In this document: one piece after another, positions 1 through 11,100 of the stretch
Layout: each line of letters opens with the position of its first letter
How positions within the stretch are numbered: position 1 is the stretch's first letter
Virus record (IMG/VR): IMGVR_UViG_3300032290_001212
Location: 1 to 61,480 of that record
Source of the DNA: a virus
Lineage: Duplodnaviria; Caudoviricetes
Strand: one strand, 5' to 3'
Length of the DNA stretch: 61,480 bases
The notes under the pieces: generated by a model
What the model was told of the DNA's origin: nothing
Database searches by the model: none
What the model saw: the letters and a program-made list of their open reading frames with translations, nothing else
Program-made: the position numbers and the translations under genes

Positions 1-123
1 TACCAGACACCTTGCATTGAGGCTCAACGCATTCCGGGGCTTCCCAATTGGCAGGGTCTTGGCATTCATAACGGTAACCACCGTCATAACCACACCCCGC
101 CAATACGAGAAACAGCGCGAAAA
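1..123. repeat. Terminal direct repeat (copy 1), circular-assembly overlap
   Basis: 1-123 is identical to 61358-61480, and a reading frame continues across the junction. Confidence 0.95.
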
Positions 124-136
124 GCGTTTTTCGCAT
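1..136 (-). CDS. Small Cys-rich lipoprotein, 5' part; continues across the junction to stop at 61287 (68 aa)
   Basis: Manual translation MRKTLFALFLVLAGCGYDGGYRYECQDPANWEAPECVEPQCKVSGTCTSD...; lipobox LAGC; TGA overlaps the ATG of 61009..61290. Confidence 0.8.
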   Translation of the reverse strand, partial: MRKTLFALFLVLAGCGYDGGYRYECQDPANWEAPECVEPQCKVSG

Positions 137-139
137 TAG

Positions 140-427
140 TTACTTAGCTGCCTTTTTTGCAGGAGCTTTCTTAGCAACAGCTTTTTTTGCTGGTGCTTTA
201 GCGACTACAGGAGCAGCTTCAAGAGCCTTATTCGCTACCTGAAGCAACAGGGCTGTGTTCTTGTCACCGATTTTGGTGGACAGAACCGACAATCCTGCGG
301 CTACTGCTGGTAACAGAACTGCGATCAGTTCCGGGGCAAGATCCACTTTGGCTGCCACGTAGGTGACAATACCTAGAGCAAGACCTTTAATAGCGGCATC
401 TGCGTGACTAGCTTCCAATTTATTCAT
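140..427 (-). CDS. Small membrane protein with Ala/Lys/Pro-rich (histone H1-like) tail; holin-like candidate
   Basis: Two hydrophobic segments, C-terminal AKAPAKKAVAKKAPAKK; likely start MNKLE at 427. Confidence 0.65.
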   Translation of the reverse strand: MNKLEASHADAAIKGLALGIVTYVAAKVDLAPELIAVLLPAVAAGLSVLSTKIGDKNTALLLQVANKALEAAPVVAKAPAKKAVAKKAPAKKAAK

Positions 428-590
428 TTTCATCCTTCTTAAGAACGGCACCAACGAGATGAATCGCTGTACCTATGAGTGTTATCCATATTCCCCAAGT
501 ACGGGTACTACCTGAAAGGGTGATTAGGACTAGCCCAGTTCCACAGGTCGTCAACACAAGTCCGTGTATCTCACCTAGAAACTTTTGCAC
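420..590 (-). CDS. Small 2-TM membrane protein (56 aa, not in ORF track)
   Basis: GTG start, MQKFLGEIHGLVLTTCGTGLVLITLSGSTRTWGIWITLIGTAIHLVGAVLKKDENE; stop overlaps the next start. Confidence 0.7.
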   Translation of the reverse strand: MQKFLGEIHGLVLTTCGTGLVLITLSGSTRTWGIWITLIGTAIHLVGAVLKKDENE

Positions 591-664
591 TATTACTCCT
601 AAACCGATCCTGAGTTAGGAGCCATGATAAACGGCCCTAAAGGGCTGATCGCATAGATAAGGGT

Positions 665-2407
665 TTAGACCCTCACCCTCCTAGAAGCCACTACTGGAGC
701 GGAAATAAGCACACCTGTGCCTGCAACAACAACACGGCGCGTACCAACATCAATCATGGAATCCAAAGGGTAATAACCATCAAACACCCCACCAAAAACA
801 TTGATTTCCTCTTGGAACGCATCACGAACCTCAACAGGAGCATCCTGAACCGCTGCGGTAATCTCCTCACCATTCTCAGCTGTTAAAGCCCCCTCATCAA
901 CAGACCCAAACACCTCTGTTGCCTGCTCCCCGGAAACCGACTCCAACACTTTCGCGCTAGAAACCAACTCGACAGCCTGCTCAGAAGCAACACCCCCCTC
1001 CTGCCCAATCACCAAATCCACAACCTGAGCAACCTGATCGTTAGTGATCGCATCAGAACTCAACACATTGACCACCTCAGCAAAGCGTTCCTCAGTCAAA
1101 GGCGTATCCAACACAGCCGAAAAAGTCTCCACCAAAACCTTGTCAGAAATCTGCTCATCAAAGATCGCATCCAATACCGTCTTAAACTCCTCGGTAGATA
1201 ACGGCTGATCCAACACCTGTTGGGCTAACTCAATAGTCGCCTCATCCGAAAGATCCGCGTCAAACACCGAATCCAAAACCGTTGCCAGTTCACGTACAGA
1301 AAGATCAGCCTCCACCAAACTGTCCAAAGCAGCTGACATAACCTCAACAGTCGCATCCTCCGTAAACACAGCATCCACAACACTTTCCAACTGTGCGACC
1401 GTAACATCGCTAGTCAAAATCTCGTCAATAGCTGCCGACACTTCTTCAGCGGAAGCATCCGGGGTAAACGATTCTTCAATGATCGCATCAAGAACCGTGT
1501 CTAAAATCGGTTCATCAACAACTATTTCTGTATCCTGAGGCAATGGCTCAACAACCGTTGTAGGAGGGATTTCAAATGTTGGATCTAATTCAACTGGCAT
1601 TTCTGTGGTTACAGGAGGATCCTCTTGGGGTAGTGGCGTTTCTATCGGTTCTTCGACTATTGTGGTTGTCGTGCCAGTTGGCACCCAAACGGTCGTGGGA
1701 GGCGTAGATGGAATGGTGGGGATGGTTGTTGGTGTCACCGATGTGGTGGTTGTTTCTTCTAATGTTGTGGTCGTTTGTGGCTGAGAAGAAGAGGAAGAGG
1801 AAGAAGTAGATGAGGTTGGCAGGGTTGTTTCTGTTGTTGTTTGTGGTACTCCCGTTGTATTGGGCAGGGAAGTAGTTGTTGTTGTCGTTGTTGATGCTTC
1901 CGTTGTTGTGGTTTCAAGGATGGAAGTTGTCGTTGTTGTTTGAGCTGCAGTCCACAAAGACAGGTTGCTGATCGTCAAGTTTCCCGGCTGACAACAAGAA
2001 TCCGTTGAATACTGCCTGAAAGTAAAAACATCCCCCTCAACAACAGGGATAGATAGCGAGCCAGTCGCATTGTTTTGTTGAGTTAACAAAACATAGTTGC
2101 CATTAACCGCGTACTGTGGTGGGTCATACACCCAACCGTCAAAGGTTTGATAAGCCCAAGTGAAATCTACGGTGTCCACCCCTTCCGGGATAACAGTCTC
2201 AATCTTCACCCAATTAGACCCCTGACAACCACCACCATCAGGGCCATACAGAACAATGCTGTTGTCCACCACATCAACCGAACCAGTAATACAAGACTGT
2301 GATGCAGTCCAATTACCCAACGCATCAGCTTTCACCCTGCTAACAGGGATAAACAAAGCCAACAACAGAACAGGAACAAACGTAAACCATCGAGAAAAAC
2401 GCATCAC
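665..2407 (-). CDS. Secreted/surface protein: signal peptide, beta-rich domain, Thr/Pro linker, acidic repeats, hydrophobic C-terminal end
   Basis: N-terminal signal peptide, poly-Thr tract, repeated LDAVF/LDSVF acidic helices. Confidence 0.75.
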   Translation of the reverse strand: MMRFSRWFTFVPVLLLALFIPVSRVKADALGNWTASQSCITGSVDVVDNSIVLYGPDGGGCQGSNWVKIETVIPEGVDTVDFTWAYQTFDGWVYDPPQYAVNGNYVLLTQQNNATGSLSIPVVEGDVFTFRQYSTDSCCQPGNLTISNLSLWTAAQTTTTTSILETTTTEASTTTTTTTSLPNTTGVPQTTTETTLPTSSTSSSSSSSQPQTTTTLEETTTTSVTPTTIPTIPSTPPTTVWVPTGTTTTIVEEPIETPLPQEDPPVTTEMPVELDPTFEIPPTTVVEPLPQDTEIVVDEPILDTVLDAIIEESFTPDASAEEVSAAIDEILTSDVTVAQLESVVDAVFTEDATVEVMSAALDSLVEADLSVRELATVLDSVFDADLSDEATIELAQQVLDQPLSTEEFKTVLDAIFDEQISDKVLVETFSAVLDTPLTEERFAEVVNVLSSDAITNDQVAQVVDLVIGQEGGVASEQAVELVSSAKVLESVSGEQATEVFGSVDEGALTAENGEEITAAVQDAPVEVRDAFQEEINVFGGVFDGYYPLDSMIDVGTRRVVVAGTGVLISAPVVASRRVRV

Positions 2408-2493
2408 AATGCGTTATTTCTAGCCTAAATCTAGGTTGCTTGTTTCTTGAGTGGGTTTAGCGAATAGCGCAAACCGTATTACGAAAATGAAGA

Positions 2494-2835
2494 TCAGACA
2501 ACTGGTATTTCAACCCATGCCAATGTTTCTTCATCCCACATATAGTCGCCTTCAGGTTTTGGTGTCGGTGCCTGCCAATCATAATTTTCATCTAGCGACC
2601 AAGATGGAAATGGTTGTGGCGCAACAAACACATCAGCATCAGCATCATAAGTAAAACCAATACCTGCATATTGTTTGCGGATGTTGTTGTTGTATGAAGT
2701 GCGAACACAGACTTGCCCTCGAAAGTTGCCGTACCACTCTTCCGGGTTCAAACCATCAAGCAATTCATTTTCGTCTTTACCAACAATTACTTCTGTCACA
2801 ATGTTGTTGTTATCAAGAAAAGCGTAATGTGCCAT
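2494..2835 (-). CDS. Small protein associated with Gly-rich tail fibre (chaperone-like)
   Basis: MAHYAFLD..IVTEVIV, RTSYN, YAGIG, PQPFPSW motifs; coupled to the upstream Gly-rich gene. Confidence 0.75.
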   Translation of the reverse strand: MAHYAFLDNNNIVTEVIVGKDENELLDGLNPEEWYGNFRGQVCVRTSYNNNIRKQYAGIGFTYDADADVFVAPQPFPSWSLDENYDWQAPTPKPEGDYMWDEETLAWVEIPVV

Positions 2836-3758
2836 CAGAAAGTCACCGAACCTGTACCAGCAGTAAACGTGTAAACACGATAACCGCTACGACTTGAAGT
2901 GCTAACCGAATAAGTTAAACCTGCACCGATTGTTGTTATAGCAGGATATGTGCTTTCGTAGGCAATAATAACTACACCAGAACCACCGTTTCCACCTATT
3001 GTTGTTCCACCAGCACTAGCGGCTCCACCACCACCGCCACCCGTGTTGCCAGTTCCTGCCCCACCATTTCCTGATCCAGAACCATTGCCGCCACCACCTG
3101 AACCACCTGATGTTGCTCCAACATAATGACCTGCACCGCAACCACCACCACCAGCACGTGTTGTTGCAACTCCATCTATTGATGACGATGAACCAGTACC
3201 ACCATTACCTCCTGTTGTTCCTGCAGCACCTGCACCACCGCCTGAACCTCCGTAATAAGGATTTGCGTTATACCCTGCACCACCATCGTTTCCTTGTGAT
3301 GGGCTAGTTGAAGGGGTATTACCCAAACCAGCAGCCGCGTCAGTATTTCCACCGCCACCGCCACCAGAACCACCATCTCGTTGAGTATTCAACGTACCGC
3401 TACCACTAGAAGCACCACCACCACCAGTCGAAGTGATGCTTGAAAGAATACTGCTGTTACCCCTAGTGGAGTTAGAATATGTTGAACCAGTACCACCTGC
3501 ACCAACTGTTACGGTAAATGATCCAGTTGGGGTTGTGAAGCTTGCTGAAGTTCTGTACCCACCAGCACCGCCACCACCACCTGCGCGTGAAAGACCTCCA
3601 TCTGAACCACGACCACCACCGCCACCAGCAATTACAAGATATTCAAATGTTGGTGCAATATAAATCGGAGCTACAGATGTAGCTGTAGTTGTACCACTCG
3701 CATAACCAAAAAGGTTTTGCGCGGAAGAACTACTCACATAACCAAGAGGCCTAGACAT
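2835..3758 (-). CDS. Glycine-rich tail fibre/virion protein
   Basis: YLVIAGGGGG...GGSGVVII signature; likely start MSRPLGYVSS at 3758. Confidence 0.8.
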   Translation of the reverse strand: MSRPLGYVSSSSAQNLFGYASGTTTATSVAPIYIAPTFEYLVIAGGGGGRGSDGGLSRAGGGGGAGGYRTSASFTTPTGSFTVTVGAGGTGSTYSNSTRGNSSILSSITSTGGGGASSGSGTLNTQRDGGSGGGGGGNTDAAAGLGNTPSTSPSQGNDGGAGYNANPYYGGSGGGAGAAGTTGGNGGTGSSSSIDGVATTRAGGGGCGAGHYVGATSGGSGGGGNGSGSGNGGAGTGNTGGGGGGAASAGGTTIGGNGGSGVVIIAYESTYPAITTIGAGLTYSVSTSSRSGYRVYTFTAGTGSVTF

Positions 3759-4419
3759 TGACCACTCCAACCTTTTTACGAACGTCGTGCATACCATCCA
3801 AACCGTACACAGAATCATTTTCTTGGTTCACATTGACAACATTATCAAAATCATGTTCAAAAAATGGCAGGCCCAAAAACTCGTAAATCCGGGTTAATTC
3901 TTGATTCGGGTGAGAAACCAAATCATCGTAATCAACAAAAAGAAACATATCCGAATCATTTTCTAGCATCGCATGGTTCAAACCAATAGCAGCGATTTGT
4001 AATTCCTCAGCAAAAACGGAAGAAAAAAAATCATCACGGCCGTTATCAGCGAATAAACGGACAAAAGATGTTTCAATATCTTCAAGTTTTCTTGTGCAAC
4101 ACACAATTTTTGGGTCTTCAGAAATATATTTTTTAATCAGACCGATATTCAACGGCAATGTCCATGCTCGACACTTATCAATAACGACAGGTCTTTCAAC
4201 ATCAGAGTAATAAATACTAGGAATCTCTTTAACAAGCTCCGAAACATCGCGGCTATTTCCGCTTAATTTATTTGTTCGTTCAACAGACTGGCTTACATTC
4301 CACATTAAATCGCATAAACCTGACACACCTTCAGTATGAATATCCGGGTTTTGATACAAAATACTTGTTAATAAGGTGCTACCACTTCGCGGTAGTCCTG
4401 AAATGAAATGAAGTTTCAT
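3751..4419 (-). CDS. Sulfotransferase family protein
   Basis: 5'-PSB motif FISGLPRSGSTLL; YDDLV..P...L.RIYEFLG. Confidence 0.85.
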   Translation of the reverse strand: MKLHFISGLPRSGSTLLTSILYQNPDIHTEGVSGLCDLMWNVSQSVERTNKLSGNSRDVSELVKEIPSIYYSDVERPVVIDKCRAWTLPLNIGLIKKYISEDPKIVCCTRKLEDIETSFVRLFADNGRDDFFSSVFAEELQIAAIGLNHAMLENDSDMFLFVDYDDLVSHPNQELTRIYEFLGLPFFEHDFDNVVNVNQENDSVYGLDGMHDVRKKVGVVNV

Positions 4420-4421
4420 TT

Positions 4422-4760
4422 TTATTGTTCAATCCACTCGCCATTTTCTTCATCCCAAATCCAACGTTCAACCTCATAAGGCGTACCATCAAGCCAATTT
4501 TTCGTCAAGATTTCTTCACTCGGTTTCGGAACTGGTGGATTCCATTTGCGTTGCTCTTGGCTAAAAGTCCAAGAGTCAAATGGTTGAGCCAATGAAAATG
4601 TGTTGGTATCTGAAAAATAAAAACCACCAATATGTGCGACATTATTCATATCGGTTGCCACATATGTAAATCCATCTTGTGCAACTTCTGATATTTTATT
4701 TTCTTCAGCAACAATGACGTTTACAACTTTGTTGTCGTTATTTATTTGCGCCCAATTCAT
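4422..4760 (-). CDS. Small protein associated with Gly-rich fibre (paralog of 2494..2835)
   Basis: VVNVIVA, QPFDSW, WNPPVPKP, WDEE motifs. Confidence 0.7.
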   Translation of the reverse strand: MNWAQINNDNKVVNVIVAEENKISEVAQDGFTYVATDMNNVAHIGGFYFSDTNTFSLAQPFDSWTFSQEQRKWNPPVPKPSEEILTKNWLDGTPYEVERWIWDEENGEWIEQ

Positions 4761-5719
4761 TAGAGTGCATACCTCACAATAACTATTCCACCAGTTGCAG
4801 AACCGTAGTATCCATATGTTCCTGTTCCGCTACAGGCACCACTTCCATATCCTTTTGCCCCAACAACAGGTGTATTGTATGTTGAACCAAATCCTCCTGT
4901 GTAGTTTCCAACAACACCTTGACCAACCCCCCATACACCTTGGTAGCCTGCGTAACCATAGCCCATCCCCCCCCAAGCAATAGCCACATTTTCAATTATT
5001 GTGTTTGTATATTGACTAGATGCAGAAGGTGCGCGAAGAAGGTCAAAAAAACTAAAATTAGTTAAATCATTTGGTAAAGCAAACCCTGTGCCAACACGTC
5101 CTGAAACATCCCTGTTTCCACCCCCGTATGGTGCGCCTTGAGCTCCAGCAAGTGCGGCAGATGTTGCTCCGCCTCCAGAACCAGAAGACCCTCCTTCACT
5201 ATTTCTCCCTGTCGCTCCAGCATAACCTTCAACGGGTGTGTATGAACCAGCGTTACCTGCGGCACCAGAGTTTGTTGAATATGCACCGCCACCAGAACCA
5301 CCTGATGCAGCAGCCTGACTTGCTGTTCCACCACGACCACCACCTGTAGCAGAAATAGTTGTTGATGAAGTAACAATAGAACTATTCCCGCCATTGGTCG
5401 GTGTTGTGTTGTGGGATGTTCCTGCTGCTCCAACTGTAACTGCATAAGAGTTCCCGACAACAAATGTTGCCGCAATTAAGTTACGAACTCCACCTGCACC
5501 TCCACCACCACCACCAGCACCAGCACCGCCACCACCAGCAACGACAATTACATCTGCCGATGTTGTTGAGGCCACAAAGGTTCCAGAAGCAGTAAAAATT
5601 GCGTAACGGTAAGAGCTACCTGTGTAGTAGTAAGGCGAAGATCCATAACCCATCGCATAGGCAGGAACTGCCGTGCTTACCGTCGAACTGACGTAACCTA
5701 ACTGCCTACGATCAGCCAT
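4760..5719 (-). CDS. Glycine-rich tail fibre/virion protein
   Basis: VIVVAGGGG...GGIVIVRY signature; N-terminal RQLGYVSS. Confidence 0.8.
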   Translation of the reverse strand: MADRRQLGYVSSTVSTAVPAYAMGYGSSPYYYTGSSYRYAIFTASGTFVASTTSADVIVVAGGGGAGAGGGGGGAGGVRNLIAATFVVGNSYAVTVGAAGTSHNTTPTNGGNSSIVTSSTTISATGGGRGGTASQAAASGGSGGGAYSTNSGAAGNAGSYTPVEGYAGATGRNSEGGSSGSGGGATSAALAGAQGAPYGGGNRDVSGRVGTGFALPNDLTNFSFFDLLRAPSASSQYTNTIIENVAIAWGGMGYGYAGYQGVWGVGQGVVGNYTGGFGSTYNTPVVGAKGYGSGACSGTGTYGYYGSATGGIVIVRYAL

Positions 5720-5722
5720 AGG

Positions 5723-6097
5723 TTATGCCGAGATTCTATTAACAAACCCGTGAAGAACAATCACATCGGCTGTAGCAGCAAATGCTTTAACAATTTTTGC
5801 AGTCGCATTTCCTTGCAACAAAAGACCCGGAATGATCGTCACTAAACCAGCCTCAGGCAAAACGGTCACCTCAATGTTTCCATCAGGCGCGGTTGTTGAA
5901 CCCCACTCAATCGTCAACTTGACCGAAGATGTAGAAGTGTTAATCGCATACAACCAGATTTCATCAATATCTGTGGTCGTAGTTGAAGCCGTATGAATTG
6001 TTGTACCAGCCGTAGCCGTAGCAGCAACCTTGATGCCCAAGCCAGTACCCGTAGTACCGCCTGTAGGTTCTAATGTTTTCTTTGTATATGTTGCCAC
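5723..6097 (-). CDS. Conserved minor tail/virion protein
   Basis: DEIWLYA..., G.VNRI C-terminus; RBS AGGAG; tail module context. Confidence 0.7.
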   Translation of the reverse strand: MATYTKKTLEPTGGTTGTGLGIKVAATATAGTTIHTASTTTTDIDEIWLYAINTSTSSVKLTIEWGSTTAPDGNIEVTVLPEAGLVTIIPGLLLQGNATAKIVKAFAATADVIVLHGFVNRISA

Positions 6098-6105
6098 AAT
6101 GACTC

Positions 6106-6372
6106 CTAACTAAAGACTTGAACTTGCAGAATGTCTGCACCACCACCAACAGAAACCCACGCGGAGCCGTTATATACGGACACCGTGTTTGAATCCATCA
6201 AATAACTCATCATCCCCTCGGCCAAAGTTGCCTCGCCAGCACCGCCAAAAGCGGCCGTACGTGCAGCTTCGTCAGCGAAACGCATGACGGTTTGATCCAT
6301 TAGGTAGGTATTAACCTGTGCGGCGGTCAATACGTCGCCCGCCACGAAAAGCTTAGATCCTGCTCCTGCCAT
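6106..6372 (-). CDS. Small minor tail protein
   Basis: F.AGDVLTAAQVNTYLM motif typical of actinophage tail proteins. Confidence 0.75.
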   Translation of the reverse strand: MAGAGSKLFVAGDVLTAAQVNTYLMDQTVMRFADEAARTAAFGGAGEATLAEGMMSYLMDSNTVSVYNGSAWVSVGGGADILQVQVFS

Positions 6373-6422
6373 AGTGCGCCTATCTTATGTAACGGAGATA
6401 AAGCATTTATATATAGTGGCGA

Positions 6423-8132
6423 TTAGTTATCAAGGGTATTTGTGTCCAATAAGCCCTTGGTTACGCTGTCCAAAATGACCACCGAACTATTCAAACCTGT
6501 AGCGGTCGATGCCCCAACCCCTGACCCTATGGCTGTTCTAACCTTGTCACTAATCCAAGTTGCCGTATCTCCAGCAGTTGCCCCACCACCCCCGGAAGCG
6601 GTCACGAAACGATAGTTGTACTCACCCAACGCATTTGTGTCCAACAAACCAGTCGTAGCATCGTCTAAGCGCAAAAGAGCAATAATTTGCCAATCACCTG
6701 TTCCTGTTGATGTGCCAGAACCTGTTGCTGTTCTTAGTACAGTTCTCAAACCATCACTTGAAGAAGATCCAGTACCGTCACCTGTCGCATCACGCGGAGC
6801 AATATGCAAGCCCGTAGCCGAATCCCCGGCAGTAGCCGACCCAGAACCGACAGCGGTGCGGTCAGCGATATGCAAACCAACAGCCGTACCCCCTGATGTG
6901 CCTGACCCGGTAGCTGTTCTAGTGAATGTCTCAAACGAAGCAGGAGCAAGCTTGTAGGAGACAGTATGGCTTTGGGCCGTAATCACATGCTCAATATGTT
7001 CAATAGTGACGTTCTGATAGATGGTGGAAGGGCTGCCAATAGCATAAGTTTTAAGCACTCGAATATCAGAACCGATATCAAGATCAATGATCTGTTGCTG
7101 TTCAGCAGGAGACACCAAAGCCCCGGCAAACTGGACTTCCAAACCGTCAAAACGGTAACTAGGAATACTGTAAAGAGACAGCAAATAATCCGCTAAATCT
7201 TGTGCATCCGAGTCAGAACACAACAAATTGTTTACCGAAAGAGCTGCGATACCAAAAGTAGATTGGCTAGTCGCATCGTCAGCCACTCCGGGGTTGATTG
7301 AGTCAATTGGCGTACAGATAACACGGTTGTAGAGGTTTTCTTGCCCATAAACAATGGACAATCGGTTGTATTCGCTTCCAACCCCATCATCGCTGAAATA
7401 GTGGTCAATCGTTGGTGATCCTGTGACGCGACTGCCAAAGAAAAGTGTTCCATCACCCTTGACAACCAAAACGCCACGTTCTGTGGCCGCTACAGCTTGC
7501 AACGCATCTAAAGCCCTTGTGCCAAAGGCAATAGGGTCATCAAGACAGGTAATAGTTCCTGACTCAATATCTGTCGTACCTGAAAACCCGATTTCCGGGA
7601 GATCCAAAATCGCTGAAACTCTTGCGCCGCTTAACTGGCTAGTTGGCAAATACTCATCCAAATACGCATTCGCCAACAACACGAAATCATCGGCCACATC
7701 AATAGTCACCGTTGACCGCGTTATCGGTGAACTTGTTGGATCATAAGAAATATCAATATCGGTAATTCGACCTGTAAAAATCGCTGTGCTGCCATAATAA
7801 ACGGTCACTTTGCGGCGAATCGTGACACCAGAAGTATCGGTTACTGGGTCGTAATAGCGAGATTGAGTGTTTTTAGGGTCTAATTCACGGTCATTATTGG
7901 TCAAAACCAAGGTCATAATCCCGGCTTGAAAATCCTGAAACTGGTCATGGCGACCGCGAGAAATGCGTATTTCCTGAACTCGATCAGTAATGTCATCTGT
8001 CGTTCTGCCATCCAAATAGCAGTTTCCACCCAAAACACCTAACGATGAGTCATCTAGGGTGAACTCGTTTGAGGGTAAAGCGAGATCTGCCAAAACACTA
8101 TAAGTACCGCCCCAAGGCATTAACTGTGGCAT
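6423..8132 (-). CDS. Minor tail (distal tail/baseplate-hub-like) protein with Gly/Ser/Thr repeat C-terminus
   Basis: Directly after tape measure; I.RGR..FQAG...L.N.DR..DP; IFTG.ITD. Confidence 0.75.
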   Translation of the reverse strand: MPQLMPWGGTYSVLADLALPSNEFTLDDSSLGVLGGNCYLDGRTTDDITDRVQEIRISRGRHDQFQDFQAGIMTLVLTNNDRELDPKNTQSRYYDPVTDTSGVTIRRKVTVYYGSTAIFTGRITDIDISYDPTSSPITRSTVTIDVADDFVLLANAYLDEYLPTSQLSGARVSAILDLPEIGFSGTTDIESGTITCLDDPIAFGTRALDALQAVAATERGVLVVKGDGTLFFGSRVTGSPTIDHYFSDDGVGSEYNRLSIVYGQENLYNRVICTPIDSINPGVADDATSQSTFGIAALSVNNLLCSDSDAQDLADYLLSLYSIPSYRFDGLEVQFAGALVSPAEQQQIIDLDIGSDIRVLKTYAIGSPSTIYQNVTIEHIEHVITAQSHTVSYKLAPASFETFTRTATGSGTSGGTAVGLHIADRTAVGSGSATAGDSATGLHIAPRDATGDGTGSSSSDGLRTVLRTATGSGTSTGTGDWQIIALLRLDDATTGLLDTNALGEYNYRFVTASGGGGATAGDTATWISDKVRTAIGSGVGASTATGLNSSVVILDSVTKGLLDTNTLDN

Positions 8133-8133
8133 G

Positions 8134-11100
8134 TTACTGAGTCTTTACAGGTATTTTGCCGTTACGTCGTTGGTAGCGAATCAGCTCATTAACAATCGCA
8201 TCACCAATAGAAGCACCATCAGCCCCCATCCCGGCGTTCACCGTGATATTGATTGGTTGGCCACCGCCCATCATCCGCTCCAAACGATCCATAGGGATAA
8301 TAGCTTCTGGACCCTTTTCGCCAATCATGCCGATCTGCGGCGAAGTGATCAGGCCGCCTTTCGCATGGGTCAAACCTTGAGCCTTGAAAGCCGCGTAAAG
8401 GTTCGGGAAAGCAATCTTTGCTGAAGCAACAGGCGTACTTGACTTCAATGCCCCTGCTTCCGGGTGAAGATCTCGGACAGCAGAAATGAAAGAACCGTAC
8501 TTGCCAGAAGCTGCAACGGCTTTAGCGGCTGAAATCTTATCAGCAACCGTTTTTGGCGGTGCGCCTGTAGTTGCGTCTTTTCCAGCCAAATCAGTCAACT
8601 CAGGGATAGTTAAGTCAGGCATGGAATCTTGCAACGCTTCCAATCTTGCTTCCAAACCATCAACAAGTTTCTGAGCCAAAGCAATACCAGCATCATAGAA
8701 AGTTGAACCAAGCAAAGTCTTGAGATTTTCAGCCGTTTCAAGCAACGAGTTTTCAATCTTTGTTGACGTTGCAACAGCCTCAGAACCGCCATCCAACAAG
8801 GCTTGCGCGATCTCTGAACCAGCCTCAACACCAGCATTAAGAACCTGCTGGATAGCACCCGGAGAGAAACCAGCAGCAATCAGTTGCTTAATCTTCTCGG
8901 CAAAAGCAGTCGCATTCTGAGCCTGTGCAGCCAACGCCGCAATGAAATCAGCACCAACTCGATCACCAACCTTGAAATACTGGTCAGCAACCTTCAAACC
9001 AGCCTTCTCTGAAACCTCGCCAATCTCCGTAAACAGTCTGTTTGTCTCAGCAACAGCAGCCGAACCACCAGCAATCAGTTCATCTGCCATCAAACCGCCC
9101 GTAACAGCACCAGCCTGAATAATCTGATCCATACCATCTTTAGACAAGCCCATCGTCAACAACTGTTGAATCTTGCCTGCAAAACCCTTTGCCTGCTCAA
9201 CCTGAGCGCGTAACTGATCCAAGAACGAAATCTGTTTCGCCTGAGCAGCCGAAGCCTTATCAGTCGCATCAGCCAAAGCTTCTTGCGCCGGGATCAGGTC
9301 AATAGCAGCCTTTTGGATTTCCTCAAAAGCCTCACGGCGAGCCTTTCGACCAGAAGCGTTTGAATACTTATCAATCGCATCATTGAACTTTTGGTTGGCA
9401 GTATCGGCCATGTCCTGTGCTTTAGCAAGGTTCTCGTTAGCCGTAACAAGATCCTGTGCGGCTGACTGTTGCTTAGAAATAGCGTCAGACATGCTCAAAA
9501 TAGACGAAATTGAATCCCCAACAGACTTGGCATAATCATCATGGATTTGCCTTGCTTCCTCAATCTTTTCGTTGTATTCGTCAGCCTTTTGTTTAGCGAC
9601 AGACATAGCATTGCCGAAATCAAAAGCACCCATAATCGCGTCATCAGTAGCCGATCGAAGAGCATCCAGCTTGGCTTTCAACTCTTCCAACTTCTTAGAA
9701 GCCGCCTCAATAGCAACGTTGTATTTCTTGGTGATCTGCTCAATCAACTTCTCTTTTTGCTTCTGCAACGCTTTATCAGCATCCCCGGCTTTCTTAGACG
9801 CATCGCTTACTCGCGTCAAACTTCCAGCAACAGAGTCATAAGCCTTAGATTCCTTCTCCAAAACAGCCAAAGTCGCATTCAACTGAGCCAAATAGCGAGC
9901 TTGAGTATCGTCACGCGACTTAGCAGGGTTCATCAACTCCAAAGCCTTGACAACAGCAGCGATCTTTTCCTTCACCCCGGTGATATCGGCATCAATCATC
10001 ACCTTTGTGCGAAGACCTGACAGGAGGTTCATTGACTCCAAAATCGCGTTAATCTGCTCATCGGTAGCCTTACCAGCCTTTGCTGACCTGATAAAGCCTT
10101 CAATCATCACCGAACTAGCAGCGGCAATCTCTTCCTTACCCTTGCCCATGTTATACATGGCCGCTGAGTTCTTGTTGATCTGCTCAAACAGGTCAAAACC
10201 AGCACTCGTTAACGAATCAAAGTCTCCACGTGCAGCTTTAGCAGCATCTTGCACACCAGTCATCGCCTCGCGCATCTCATACCAAGTCTTCGCATTGGCA
10301 ACAGCGTCATAGTTCTCGATACCAAACATGGCTTTAGCCATTTCCTCAGCCGTAGCCTTGCCATCCTCGGCGGCAGCCTTAAACTCCTTCAAACGGTCAA
10401 TCATCGTGGAAACAGCCATCTCAGCCTTTTCAGTTTCCTTAGCAACCTTCTTCTCTGCATCAGAAGTCTTATTTAGTTCTTTACCGACCGCATTCAAAAT
10501 ATCCAAATATGTTTGGTCTGTTGCCACTTTCCCAGCAGCTTTCAACTCAGCTTCCGTTGTGGCCTGAATGTTTCTGACAATCTGTGCTTCTTCCTTACCT
10601 AAAGCAACAACCGCGTCTAAGTGACCCTGAACGAAATCTTTGATACTGGTTTTCTCTGCCTGATCATCAAGTTCTTCAATCTGTGCAGCAAGATCTTTAT
10701 ATTGAGCTGATACTTCACCGATAACAGTACCGTTGTCGTCATATGCACTAACAGCACTTGCAATATCTTTTGCTCCCGCAACACTTGCACCAGCCATAAT
10801 TGCCATCGCATAAGCAGCGTCATAAGAGCTCTTATTGAAAGCCATCAAAGTAGGAATAGCGTCTTCTTGGCTGGCGTTCACATAGTTCAAAGCAGAAGAT
10901 AGTTTTTCTCCATCTTCCCCGGTTTTAAGAATCGTTTTTCCAAGTTGCTCCGTAGAAGACAAATACTGAGACAATGCTTCTTTATTTTTCTTCAAACTAG
11001 CGACTTGTGTATCAATAGCCTCAGTTAATGCTTTAGTACGTTCCTCAACCTGTTTATTACGGTTAGAGAATGCAGTAAATATCTTGAAAACAGCGTAAAG

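Noticed and set aside
1-123. Terminal repeat as a biological direct terminal repeat
   Set aside because: It falls in the middle of a gene that reads through the junction, so it is most simply an assembly overlap of a circular contig.
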